Assembly: GCF_000315625.1 (NCBI RefSeq)
Contig: NW_005434524.1
Span: 1 to 45,172 of the forward strand
Length of the DNA stretch: 45,172 nt
Direction of reading: 5' to 3'
DNA from: Guillardia theta CCMP2712
Taxonomy: Eukaryota; Protista; Cryptophyta
Numbering within the stretch: the stretch's first letter is position 1; each line of letters starts with the position of its first letter. Made by a program: the position numbers and the translations under genes. The notes beneath the pieces were generated by a model, which did no database searches, was not told the origin of the DNA, and saw only the letters and a program-made list of their open reading frames with translations. Positions 29,601-41,900 of the stretch are shown here, one piece after another.

Positions 29601-31787
29601 TATGCCCAGTCCACATGAGGAGGCCGGCGATCATCACACCAGTCCTCCCCTTCCCTCCTTTGCAGTGCACTGCGATCGTGTTCTGACGGTCTCTCGACAT
29701 CCAAGCACACGACTCCTGACACATGAAGATGAGCTCCGACAAGAGCGGTGGCGCGTGATCTTCGAAGGGAATTCTCTGCACTTGGTTGAACAGCAGCTGG
29801 GGATGGTAATTCCCCATGACGCCGTCCGATGAGTTGTAGGTGTCGCACAAGTTGAAGATGAAGAACTTTCCATAGTGCCGCTGAGACAGAAAGCGAGAGA
29901 CCATATGGATGTCGTTTCGAAAGGCAGTGTGTCCTCCGAAAGCAGGAGCCGACATGGCGATGATCCTGTCCGTTATGTAGGTGAGATCCAAGTTGTAGCC
30001 ATGCTTCTTGTATCTCCTCTTGTTCTGTGGAAGCGTGTTAGACAAAAGTTATTCAGCTCATCATCTCTACCTGAGAAACTGCCTTCCTCAGCTTCTTGCT
30101 CACTGCCCCACTCAGCATTCTCGCTCTTCTCACGGTAATCAGAACGCGAACGAATCGCATGACCATGGCGATTCTAGAAAAGACGCGCAGGCTTGTGGCA
30201 GTACTCTTGGTGGACTGGAGGCTGCTAGCTACCCCGCTTTGAGATTCAAAGATTTGCTTGACGACCTAGGAGAAATCAAACTTCAGCAACACGTTTGAAA
30301 GCTACTCATTCAAGCCTCACCAGCACTCCAATGCTCAACCAAACCACGAAGAAGTCAAAGATGTTCCACATGTTGCTCCAAAAGCGCTTGCGTTGAGCAA
30401 TTTGCCTCAAGCTGAGCTCAAGGAGGAAGAGCGACATAACTGTGAAGTTGACGGCAGTTTGCCAGGGCTGCTCAGAGTCAGTCGAGTAGTAGAACGTGTA
30501 GACCAAGATGTTGGAGAGATCCAACATAACGAGGCCCAAAACCATAATGTTGACCCACATGGACTCCATCGCCTTTTCTAGTCTTTCTCGCCAGTACAAC
30601 TCGGAAGGCTCCTCGTCATAGTCGATGTCTTTCTCGTCGGCATCGGCGAAGAGATCGTCTACCTCGGGCTCAACTTGCAGTTCCGGAGTCCGAGAAGGGA
30701 ATTTCAAGTTCACTTGAGACCCTCTCCTTTCTGGGTCCGGAGGGCGCTCGGCACGTTTGTATGAGAACGAGCCTGATAAAGAGTGACTGCTTTTGTGAAA
30801 GAAATATCCAGCTGAGATGGAGGAGAGACGGTGCAACATAGAGATGCTGATTTCCCGACTCTCAGGTCGAGACTCACACATTGAAAGAGACTTAGACAAT
30901 GTAGGAGGATACCAAGATCGATGCGTGGGCAACATCTCCAGTTCCACATCGACCTCACACGGAAGGCCGTCCTTTCCCATCACAGGATCTCCCGAAGTTG
31001 TGCATAGAACAAAGGTCAAGTGCTTTGCAGTCTCGACGAGCGAGCACAAAACAAGCAGATCCACAGAAACCTTGCCCACATAGTCATTCGAGCTCAAGCG
31101 GTCCCAATCGAAGCATTCGATCAACAAGCCAATGCCACATGACGCCCCTTCACTCACTTGCAAGCTCTTTGCGAACTCGATATGCAGCTCATGAACAAAA
31201 AACTCGAAGCTTTCACGATACGAGTACTCGTAGACATTCTTAGCCACTTGAGTCGATCTCTTCTGCTGATCGAACGTAAGAACGAGGAAAGGATCACATC
31301 TGCCGTCCGCGTCCATTTGAGGAAGATGTCGAACAGCGAGTTTTCTTGCATGAAGCATCATATGTTTTGGAGGTGGACCAGCTCTTTGCTCCGGGACGTG
31401 TCCATCCTCAAGAACATCACTCTGTTCCACGTAGCGGGCGTCCGTGAAGGGATAAATAAAATCTCCGGGAGACAGAACCTCAGTCCCCTGCAGCTCCCTT
31501 CTGTCTTCCATGTGCGAAGGAGACATGTTGTCATCGGAGTCCTGGATACGAGCCCGGGTAGGGGCTGGGGTCGCAGAGAGGGAGTTGGTGTCCAAAACTA
31601 TTTCTCCACGGATGTTTCCTTCAAGATTGAAGGTCCGACTGAGGTCTCCTCCATCCACCAGGATCCGTTCTTCGGCCGCCAGAACGAGACCCGAAGGTTG
31701 AGCATGTGTAGTTTCTGGACATTGAGCATATCCTTCAGCCTCCTTACGCCACTCCGAGGCTCCCTCAGAAGCGACAACGATGTGCAT
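26624..31787 (-). CDS. Multi-exon voltage-sensing phosphatase (VSP/TPTE-like): C2, S1-S4 voltage sensor, PTEN-type phosphatase, PTEN-C2, cNMP-like, PH, GRAM-like, cNMP-like
   Basis: C2 (LPQMDADGRCDPF..FDWDRLSSNDYVG); S2 FLLELSLR; S3 WNIFDFFVV; S4 exon 30071-30265 LRVFSRIAMVMRFVRVLITVRRAR; spliced linker LRKAVSQ/NKRRYKKHGYNLDLTYIT; FEDH; P-loop HCKGGKGRTG; PSQLRYVYY; PH GVLKKRG..WKDRYFVL..W; gene ends and linkage of the 3' exons approximate. Confidence 0.85.
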
Positions 31788-32977
31788 GTGCTCATCGTTG
31801 TCGAGGGCCTAAAGTTAACTTACAACCCACCCCTATCTATAAGTACGATACTGGTACCCCCACATACCACCTCTAATACGGTCCAAAAGACCCGGTCATG
31901 TGCCACCCTTACCCCTGGCTAGAAAATAATTTCACAGATTGCTACCCGCCGTCTTTTCCGTCGCACCCACGCCAGTGGCAGTCCTTGGAGTCCTTCCGAG
32001 GGTCCTTGAGAGGCCTCAGGCCCGGCCTGCTTGCTAGCATCACCTCTCACGATCATCAGTATCGTGAGACCCCTGCCTCCAACCCCAAGGTAGTTGCAGG
32101 GTCCTCAGCCGCCAAGTTTGTTCCGTGTAAAGAACAACGGCAGGTCCGGGGCCAAACAGTCACCTCATCGTTGCTGTCGTTATCGTTGTCGTTCTCGTGT
32201 AGCACATGAAACATGATTTGAATCAAATCATTTCAACGAATGCATCAAACTTCAACATTCGAATGACCCGGTCTATTGCGCTACTCCACACTTGTAATCT
32301 CAACATTGCTTGCCATGAGCATACGTGGAGACGAGTGTAGGTAGGTAGAGCGCGCTTGCGCTGCTTTCAACCCGTCATGCCCCCGCCCATGCACACATTC
32401 TCCCCTCTCCCTCCTCCGGCGCTTCACCTGTAAACGATGATAGAAGAGTCTGTATGTGAGAGTGGAGGAACCTTTCTTGATTCCTTGCCACATCCACGTG
32501 TCAGGCTTGTAGCTTACCGCGTCTAGCTCAGCTCGCCTACCCAACCAGCGGACACATGCGATGCCGCCTCCTCCCCTCATCTCACCCCACCATCACCATC
32601 GCAGACAGGGCAAGATAAGACACAGGCAGGCCTTGCTACCGCTCCTGTCCTGATCTCGCCTCGCACTTCTCGTCCTGCTCAGCCTCGCAGCACAGGGGGA
32701 GGGAGGGGGGAGCTGCCAGGTCCCAACGTGCCCCCGCGTGTTTTGGCGTGTCGGGGTCGAGGGGGCCCATCTTGATAAAGGCTTCCCCCCCCTCCCCCCC
32801 TGTCTCGTGACTTGCTATATTTAGCATCGAATCTATGACCCACCCCCTGGAGCAATGCCACTACCCCCTGTAGGGGCCCGCCTCATGGGAGAGACAGCGC
32901 GAGTGTATTATATCATCGTACACTCTCTCGTACTCGTGTGGAGCATAGGCTGCCGACCTCTGCGCCGACTCGCTCCT

Positions 32978-33732
32978 TCACTCGCCCACGTAGACCAGCA
33001 GGGGCGCGATCAGCTGCAAGGCTAGGTACGCGTCGCGATCTCGCTTCACTCCGAAGACCGCCCCGCTCCACTTGTGAAGACACGCTTTCACCTGCTCCCT
33101 CCAGTCAGCTCCTCTCCCCTCCCCTGGGCCTCCGCTCTCGCGGCCTTGGTGCTCACTCTGAGGTCCTCAAGAGGTACGGTCAGGGCGGTGTTGATCTCCG
33201 GCTCATAGGAGGGGAAGAACCGCTCGCACAACCGCTCGTACGTCCTCACCCGGTCTATTGCCCTCCTCATCTTGAAGCTCCAGACCGTGTGCACGACTCG
33301 GAAGCCCTCGAGGCCCCTCACGTCCCTGAGGACCCTCTGGATCCTTCTGGCTACTGCCCTCAGAGTGGAGCGGGCGGAGGAGGCGGAGCGAGCTCCGACC
33401 ACGACCATGCTGCCGCTCTCGTACACCTTGACGACGGTGGAGTGCAGCGGGAAGCGCAGGGTCACAGAGCGAGCGTTGGTGAGATCTCCCCCGTACTGGG
33501 AGTTTCTCAGCCTGGACGCCAGCAGCTTGGTGTCGAGGCGACGAGGCCCGGCCAGCCTCGCGCGGGCTACGACATTGACCCTTGCCGACGAGACGAGCGC
33601 ACAGTCGCAGCGAGGAAGAGCAGAGATCAACCCGTCAGACTCGTCTCCATCAGCCACGAGGGCGACTTACGTTCTAAGGTCCGAGAAGTTTTCATCAAGG
33701 GTCATGGTCTCAACATTGCTTGTCATGAGCAT
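32978..33732 (-). CDS. Divergent TATA-binding-protein-like factor, copy 1 (exons 33732-33671, 33580-33157, 33091-32978; 199 aa)
   Basis: Introns GTAAGT..AAG (90 nt) and GTGAGC..CTGAC..CAG (65 nt); the spliced product aligns over both TBP repeats: VNVVA, LRNSQY, VYESGSMVVVGARS, FRVVHTV, SYEPEI, VFGVK..AYLALQLIAPLL. Confidence 0.85.
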
Positions 33733-34351
33733 ACGTGGAGACGAGTGTAGGTAGGTAGAGCGCGCTTGCGCTGCTTTCAACCCGTCATGCCCCCGCCCAT
33801 GCACACATTCTCCCCTCTCCCTCCTCCGGCGCTTCACCTGTAAACGATGATAGAAGAGTCTGTATGTGAGAGTGGAGGAACCTTTCTTGATTCCTTGCCA
33901 CATCCACGTGTCAGGCTTGTAGCTTACCGCGTCTAGCTCAGCTCGCCTACCCAACCAGCGGACACATGCGATGCCGCCTCCTCCCCTCATCTCACCCCAC
34001 CATCACCATCGCAGACAGGGCAAGATAAGACACAGGCAGGCCTTGCTACCGCTCCTGTCCTGATCTCGCCTCGCACTTCTCGTCCTGCTCAGCCTCGCAG
34101 CACAGGGGGAGGGAGGGGGGAGCTGCCAGGTCCCAACGTGCCCCCGCGTGTTTTGGTTCCCCCCCCTCCCCCCCTGTCTCGTGACTTGCTATATTTAGCA
34201 TCGAATCTATGACCCACCCCCTGGAGCAATGCCACTACCCCCTGTAGGGGCCCGCCTCATGGGAGAGACAGAGAGAGTGTATTATATCATCGTACACTCT
34301 CTCGTACTCGTGTGGAGCATAGGCTGCCGACCTCTGCGCCGACTCGCTCCT

Positions 34352-35106
34352 TCACTCGCCCACGTAGACCAGCAGGGGCGCGATCAGCTGCAAGGCTAGG
34401 TACGCGTCGCGATCTCGCTTCACTCCGAAGACCGCCCCGCTCCGCTTGTGAAGACACGCTTTCACCTGCTCCCTCCAGTCAGCTCCTCTCCCCTCCCCTG
34501 GGCCTCCGCTCTCGCGGCCTTGGTGCTCACTCTGAGGTCCTCAAGAGGTACGGTCAGGGCGGTGTTGATCTCCGGCTCATAGGAGGGGAAGAACCGCTCG
34601 CACAACCGCTCGTACGTCCTCACCCGGTCTATTGCCCTCCTCATCTTGAAGCTCCAGACCGTGTGCACGACTCGGAAGCCCTCGAGGCCCCTCACGTCCC
34701 TGAGGACCCTCTGGATCCTTCTGGCTACTGCCCTCAGAGTGGAGCGGGCGGAGGAGGCGGAGCGAGCTCCGACCACGACCATGCTGCCGCTCTCGTACAC
34801 CTTGACGACGGTGGAGTGCAGCGGGAAGCGCAGGGTCACAGAGCGAGCGTTGGTGAGATCTCCCCCGTACTGGGAGTTTCTCAGCCTGGACGCCAGCAGC
34901 TTGGTGTCGAGGCGACGAGGCCCGGCCAGCCTCGCGCGGGCTACGACATTGACCCTTGCCGACGAGACGAGCGCACAGTCGCAGCGAGGAAGAGCAGAGA
35001 TCAACCCGTCAGACTCGTCTCCATCAGCCACGAGGGCGACTTACGTTCTAAGGTCCGAGAAGTTTTCATCAAGGGTCATGGTCTCAACATTGCTTGTCAT
35101 GAGCAT
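34352..35106 (-). CDS. Divergent TBP-like factor, copy 2
   Basis: As copy 1; HKR instead of HKW in exon 3. Confidence 0.85.
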
Positions 35107-35772
35107 ACGTGGAGACGAGTGTAGGTAGGTAGAGCGCGCTTGCGCTGCTTTCAACCCGTCATGCCCCCGCCCATGCACACATTCTCCCCTCTCCCTCCTC
35201 CGGCGCTTCACCTGTAAACGATGATAGAAGAGTCTGTATGTGAGAGTGGAGGAACCTTTCTTGATTCCTTGCCACATCCACGTGTCAGGCTTGTAGCTTA
35301 CCGCGTCTAGCTCAGCTCGCCTACCCAACCAGCGGACACATGCGATGCCGCCTCCTCCCCTCATCTCACCCCACCATCACCATCGCAGACAGGGCAAGAT
35401 AAGACACAGGCAGGCCTTGCTACCGCTCCTGTCCTGATCTCGCCTCGCACTTCTCGTCCTGCTCAGCCTCGCAGCACAGGGGGAGGGAGGTGGGAGCTGC
35501 CAGGTCCCAACGTGCCCCCGCGTGTTTTGGCGTGTCGGGGTCGAGGGGGCCCATCTTGATAAAGGCTTCCCCCCCCTCCCCCCCTGTCTCGTGACTTGCT
35601 ATATTTAGCATCGAATCTATGACCCACCCCCTGGAGCAATGCCACTACCCCCTGTAGGGGCCCGCCTCATGGGAGAGACAGAGAGAGAGTAGCGCGAGTG
35701 TATTATATCATCGTACACTCTCTCGTACTCGTGTGGAGCATAGGCTGCCGACCTCTGCGCCGACTCGCTCCT

Positions 35773-36527
35773 TCACTCGCCCACGTAGACCAGCAGGGGC
35801 GCGATCAGCTGCAAGGCTAGGTACGCGTCGCGATCTCGCTTCACTCCGAAGACCGCCCCGCTCCGCTTGTGAAGACACGCTTTCACCTGCTCCCTCCAGT
35901 CAGCTCCTCTCCCCTCCCCTGGGCCTCCGCTCTCGCGGCCTTGGTGCTCACTCTGAGGTCCTCAAGAGGTACGGTCAGGGCGGTGTTGATCTCCGGCTCA
36001 TAGGAGGGGAAGAACCGCTCGCACAACCGCTCGTACGTCCTCACCCGGTCTATTGCCCTCCTCATCTTGAAGCTCCAGACCGTGTGCACGACTCGGAAGC
36101 CCTCGAGGCCCCTCACGTCCCTGAGGACCCTCTGGATCCTTCTGGCTACTGCCCTCAGAGTGGAGCGGGCGGAGGAGGCGGAGCGAGCTCCGACCACGAC
36201 CATGCTGCCGCTCTCGTACACCTTGACGACGGTGGAGTGCAGCGGGAAGCGCAGGGTCACAGAGCGAGCGTTGGTGAGATCTCCCCCGTACTGGGAGTTT
36301 CTCAGCCTGGACGCCAGCAGCTTGGTGTCGAGGCGACGAGGCCCGGCCAGCCTCGCGCGGGCTACGACATTGACCCTTGCCGACGAGACGAGCGCACAGT
36401 CGCAGCGAGGAAGAGCAGAGATCAACCCGTCAGACTCGTCTCCATCAGCCACGAGGGCGACTTACGTTCTAAGGTCCGAGAAGATTTCATCAAGGGTCAT
36501 GGTCTCAACATTGCTTGTCATGAGCAT
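35773..36527 (-). CDS. Divergent TBP-like factor, copy 3
   Basis: As copy 2; DEIF instead of DENF in exon 1. Confidence 0.85.
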
Positions 36528-37173
36528 ACGTGGAGACGAGTGTAGGTAGGTAGAGCGCGCTTGCGCTGCTTTCAACCCGTCATGCCCCCGCCCATGCACA
36601 CATTCTCCCCTCTCCCTCCTCCGGCGCTTCACCTGTAAACGATGATAGAAGAGTCTGTATGTGAGAGTGGAGGAACCTTTCTTGATTCCTTGCCACATCC
36701 ACGTGTCAGGCTTGTAGCTTACCGCGTCTAGCTCAGCTCGCCTACCCAACCAGCGGACACATGCGATGCCGCCTCCTCCCCTCATCTCACCCCACCATCA
36801 CCATCGCAGACAGGGCAAGATAAGACACAGGCAGGCCTTGCTACCGCTCCTGTCCTGATCTCGCCTCGCACTTCTCGTCCTGCTCAGCCTCGCAAGACAC
36901 AGGCAGGCCTTGCTACCGCTCCTGTCCTGATCTCGCCTCGCACTTCTCGTCCTGCTCAGCCTCGCAGCACAGGGGGAGGGAGGGGGGAGCTGCCAGGTCC
37001 CAACGTGCCCCCGCGTGTTTTGGCGTGTCGGGGTCGAGGGGGCCCATCTTGATAAAGGCTTCCCCCCCCTCCCCCCCTGTCTCGTGACTTGCTATATTTA
37101 GCATCGAATCTATGACACCTCTCTCGTACTCGTGTGGAGCATAGGCTGCCGACCTCTGCGCCGACTCGCTCCT

Positions 37174-37928
37174 TCACTCGCCCACGTAGACCAGCAGGGG
37201 CGCGATCAGCTGCAAGGCTAGGTACGCGTCGCGATCTCGCTTCACTCCGAAGACCGCCCCGCTCCGCTTGTGAAGACACGCTTTCACCTGCTCCCTCCAG
37301 TCAGCTCCTCTCCCCTCCCCTGGGCCTCCGCTCTCGCGGCCTTGGTGCTCACTCTGAGGTCCTCAAGAGGTACGGTCAGGGCGGTGTTGATCTCCGGCTC
37401 ATAGGAGGGGAAGAACCGCTCGCACAACCGCTCGTACGTCCTCACCCGGTCTATTGCCCTCCTCATCTTGAAGCTCCAGACCGTGTGCACGACTCGGAAG
37501 CCCTCGAGGCCCCTCACGTCCCTGAGGACCCTCTGGATCCTTCTGGCTACTGCCCTCAGAGTGGAGCGGGCGGAGGAGGCGGAGCGAGCTCCGACCACGA
37601 CCATGCTGCCGCTCTCGTACACCTTGACGACGGTGGAGTGCAGCGGGAAGCGCAGGGTCACAGAGCGAGCGTTGGTGAGATCTCCCCCGTACTGGGAGTT
37701 TCTCAGCCTGGACGCCAGCAGCTTGGTGTCGAGGCGACGAGGCCCGGCCAGCCTCGCGCGGGCTACGACATTGACCCTTGCCGACGAGACGAGCGCACAG
37801 TCGCAGCGAGGAAGAGCAGAGATCAACCCGTCAGACTCGTCTCCATCAGCCACGAGGGCGACTTACGTTCTAAGGTCCGAGAAGATTTCATCAAGGGTCA
37901 TGGTCTCAACATTGCTTGTCATGAGCAT
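37174..37928 (-). CDS. Divergent TBP-like factor, copy 4
   Basis: As copy 3; shared upstream sequence ends at ~38167. Confidence 0.85.
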
Positions 37929-38932
37929 ACGTGGAGACGAGTGTAGGTAGGTAGAGCGCGCTTGCGCTGCTTTCAACCCGTCATGCCCCCGCCCATGCAC
38001 ACACTCTCCCCTCTCCCTCCTCCGGCGCTTCACCTGTAAACGATGATAGAAGAGTCTGTATGTGAGAGTGGAGGAACCTTTCTTGATTCCTTGCCACATC
38101 CACGTGTCAGGCTTGTAGCTTACCGCGTCTAGCTCAGCTCGCCTACCCAACCAGCGGACACATGCGAGAAAGGGGAGGAGGTGTGTCACCCGCGGGTCAT
38201 CATGATTCCGATTGAGCGTCATCCCGCCATTCTTCTGTCTTGTGCCTTGTGTCTTGTGTCTTGTGCCTTCTGCCTCCTTCTGCCTTGATCTTGCTCTTTG
38301 TGCCCTCACCTCTGTCCTTTTCCTCCTTCCTGCTTCTTTTTTGATCACTTCCCATTGATTTCTTTCTCCCTGGTGTGGTCCCCCTCCTCCTCAACCCCTG
38401 CCTCCGCTCCCCTTCTGCTTCATTTCTCTGTCACTTGTTGCGTCCTCCTCCTCCTATCACTGTACCATCACCACACAGAGAGAAGAAGCGGCTGCAGGGG
38501 GGAGTCGATGGTCTAGAGCAGGATGAGGACGAGGATGACAAGAGAGAGGCAGAGAAAGAGTGCCAATGTTCGACAAGTCAATCTCGTCCAAGGACGCAAA
38601 CATATCATACTTGCCTCGAGACAAAGGAGCAAGCCACTTTGACAGTGAGGAGAGGGAAGAAGAGAAGGAGACAGTGGTGATCGAGGAGAATGTTTCAGAC
38701 AGAATCAAGCAACCCATGCTTTAAGGCAGCAGCGATGAAAGTTCAATTGCTGCTCGTCTTCTGTGTGAACAACAAAAGATAAAAGTATCTTGTGGCTGTT
38801 CTGTCGCTAATTGATCGACGAGGAGAGATCGAATTTGTGATTTACATTAAAACGAATCCCTAAAAAACAAGAAAACCCTATAAACAGTATGAGAAAGCTC
38901 ATGATGTGAAAAACAATCTGTTGGACATGCGC

Positions 38933-41900
38933 TCAAGCCAGCTTGTAGCTGGTGTCAGGCACTTTACACTTCTTTCGTAGGATGACCTTTGAATCCTTTT
39001 TCTTGAAAGTTTTGCAGATAGTTTCTTCTTCGGGCCACATAGAATGGAAAGGATTCCTGCCCAGTCCTATCTCGTCCAACAAGTCGTAACACAATCTGTC
39101 ATGTCTCCGGAGATGTGAAAAACCCGGGTCCAGGTCTTCCTTGGTCTCCACGTGTCCAACAGTTGCAAAGACGATTTCCCCGATCAGACACTGATGCTGA
39201 TGCTGTATATGACGTTTCATTAGCTTGTCTTCTCTCAAGAAGTTGCTCAAGCTGCTGTTGTTGAACATCACAAGGGAGATCAGAAGGCCAAACAAGAGAG
39301 TTACAATGATTATCGTAAACATCGCCCAATTCGCTGTCCGTTGCTTTATTGGCATCAGCCCAAGCGACGGGTAGAGAGCCGTATATTGCAAGTTTCTCAT
39401 CACGACAAGAGCACCAGAACTCGAGCAGGAGCAGAAAACGGCAAGGGAGTTCTCGTTGGTCTCTATGACCGACGTCAGCTGACAGGCGTCCAATGACCAG
39501 GTACTGACGTTGGTCAACCACAGAACGCATGCAAGCTGCTGCTTCAGGTCAAAGAGGTAGTTTTCAGTTCTGTTAATGTGGACGCGAGGCAAGGAAAGTT
39601 TGACACGGAGGCAAAACTTGTTCTGTGACGGGCATTTGAACATGGAGCCCAAAGATTTGCCGGGGTAGACGGGAAGGAAGAGGATCGGCTTCTCAGAAAC
39701 CTCATGGTACTGCAGAGCATGCAGGTAGTCCAGTCTCCAGAACGCGTACATCTCTGCCACGTACAGACCAAGATCGCCACTCTGAGTCACTAGCACGTCA
39801 TTAGGAAAGGCGAACCTGAGGTCGAAAGAGTAGGTCCAGGTTGTGAAGTTGTATTGTTTCAAGTCTGATCTCAGTCGGAAAGTGTAAACCTTCATGTTCA
39901 CAGAAGACAAGGACACTGGCTTTTCTGATGAAACCATGGAAGTCAAGTAGACCTCGCAAGTCTGCAGCAGGACATTCAGCACAGACAACATGGTTACATC
40001 TCTCAAAGTTTTGTTGTATCTCTTTGAAACCTCAATCCGATTGTCTTCTGTTGCGAACAATCTCACAAACAACCCTTGACGCAGGTCACTAGCCCTCAAA
40101 TGGCCTGCACAAGATTCAATCACTTCACTCGAGTCTGAAAACGCTGCCAAGTCAATCTCGGACGGTTGATTGTTGAGTTTGAGACTTGTGGTCAAAGCTG
40201 AAGTTGCCGTCCTCTGATTCATTGAGGTTTTCACGGGGCCTTTCGCCATGGAGCGTAGAAGCATAGTTCGCACCCGCATCCTGTAAGCTAGTGAAGATGC
40301 CAGCAACCTTCTTTTCGCTGCTTCTCCTGTCTCCAGACTGCTGGCAAAACTCGAGCTCAACTGTAAGATCTGCGAAACGCTCCCAAGACTGTTCATGTCG
40401 TCAAGGACTTTGCTGACGTCAGCAAATTCAGATCCGCTTAAGGATGAAGAATTAACAACAACAGGTGCGTGTACGACTTGAATGCTGGTTTTTTCTGACA
40501 CCGCAATGTTCCCGTCACTGTCAATGATCTCTGCGTAAACAAGGTATCCTCCAGCTGGCAGGGAGAAGGAGTAAGAAGTCAAGCTCGATGGAGCACTTGA
40601 CGAGACCTCAGAACTTTGACTGCTGGGGTGGATCGCAAACACATAGAAAAGAGGCCTGGCCGATGATATCCAGTACTGACAGGTGCAAGTGAAAGTATCT
40701 ATCAGGGCAACTCCAGTGGTGGGCAAGACAGTGCATTGTCCTCCGGTGGGAGGGAAGGAGATGTACAGGGACTTGGTTGCACGGCCTGAGATTCTCCCGG
40801 TGATCGCAGAGAGCTCAATTCTGTACGTGCCGGGAGAGAAGAAGGATCGGTACACCACAAGATTCTCTGCTTTGAGTCCAGCTGGAAGGCTCGGGTTCTC
40901 AGCTTCCCATTGATTGCCGGCGAGGAGATTCCCATTGGAGTCGTAAATTGACCATTGGTACTCTGAGCAAGAAGTCTTGCAGGAGCCTTTTAACGAGATC
41001 ATGAACGTATCCTCACTCACTACTTGGATCTGTGCTCCTGGTGAAAGCCCCGTTGTGATGTTGAGAAAGACGGACGTCATGTCAGTCTGCATGCCGGAGG
41101 ATACTCGCACTTGGAGTTGGATGAGGTTGCACGCGGAAAAGTCCAAGTGTTGGAAATTGTAAACAAATGCAGACGAACTTGGCAAAGAGACCAAAGATCC
41201 ATTCACAGTCCTGCATGGACTGCCACAGAGATAGCATGACCACTGGAACATCAATGGGTAGGAGGAACAGGACTGGTTCTTCACCACTCCCTCACAAGTG
41301 TCCAAGTCTTCAGAGCTTGAGGCGTTGAGAACCACATCGTCTGTGATCGAGAGGGTTCTGTTACCTCCCTCAATCTTTGCCTTTGTTCCTGCATATCCTA
41401 CGATGAACGGTACTTCTGTTATCAAGATATCTCCCTGCACGGTAAACCCAGACAAGGTACACATGTATTGACTGCCAGCCACAAGCTCAGTGGTCTTGGC
41501 TTCAAAGAAAGGGCCATCTCCGCTGAGAATGGAAACCCCTGCCAGCGAGACCTGCCACGTCATCTGAATCTGTCCCTTGTTTGTGTCACATGGCGCGAAA
41601 GTCGCCTGAGAAGCAAAGAAGATCGGGGTAGGACGAACGTATGGGGAGGGAGCAACATCGATGTTTAGCGTTGGGATCGGATTGGCGCTGACAAAGAGAC
41701 TATGAGTCGAGGACGTTGCAGACGCACCCAAGAACGTCAACACTGAAGCAGTTATATTGTACGTCATCCCTGTTTGAAGCATGGAAGGAGTCAACCTCAA
41801 GACGGGACCGGAAACATCCGCTATAAGGTCGTTGAGAGCAAGATCGTTGACAACGCTCCAAGTAAAGCTTGCTGGCCGAGGAGAGTCAACGTTTGCCACC

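Larger units (their letters stand above)
32298..38167. repeat. Tandem array of ~4.2 near-identical ~1.4 kb units (periods 1410, 1374, 1421, 1401 bp)
   Basis: Identical 189-aa ORF four times; copy-specific indels confined to the intergenic spacer. Confidence 0.97.

Noticed and set aside
31830-32280. Possible retroelement fragment beside the TBP-like array
   Set aside because: No tail, telomeric junction or convincing protein motif
32938-37950. Repeated 270-aa and 160-aa plus-strand ORFs
   Set aside because: Antisense shadows of the GC-rich TBP-like gene; no recognisable motifs
38200-38717. Small minus-strand gene upstream of the array
   Set aside because: Low-complexity short ORFs; no consistent model
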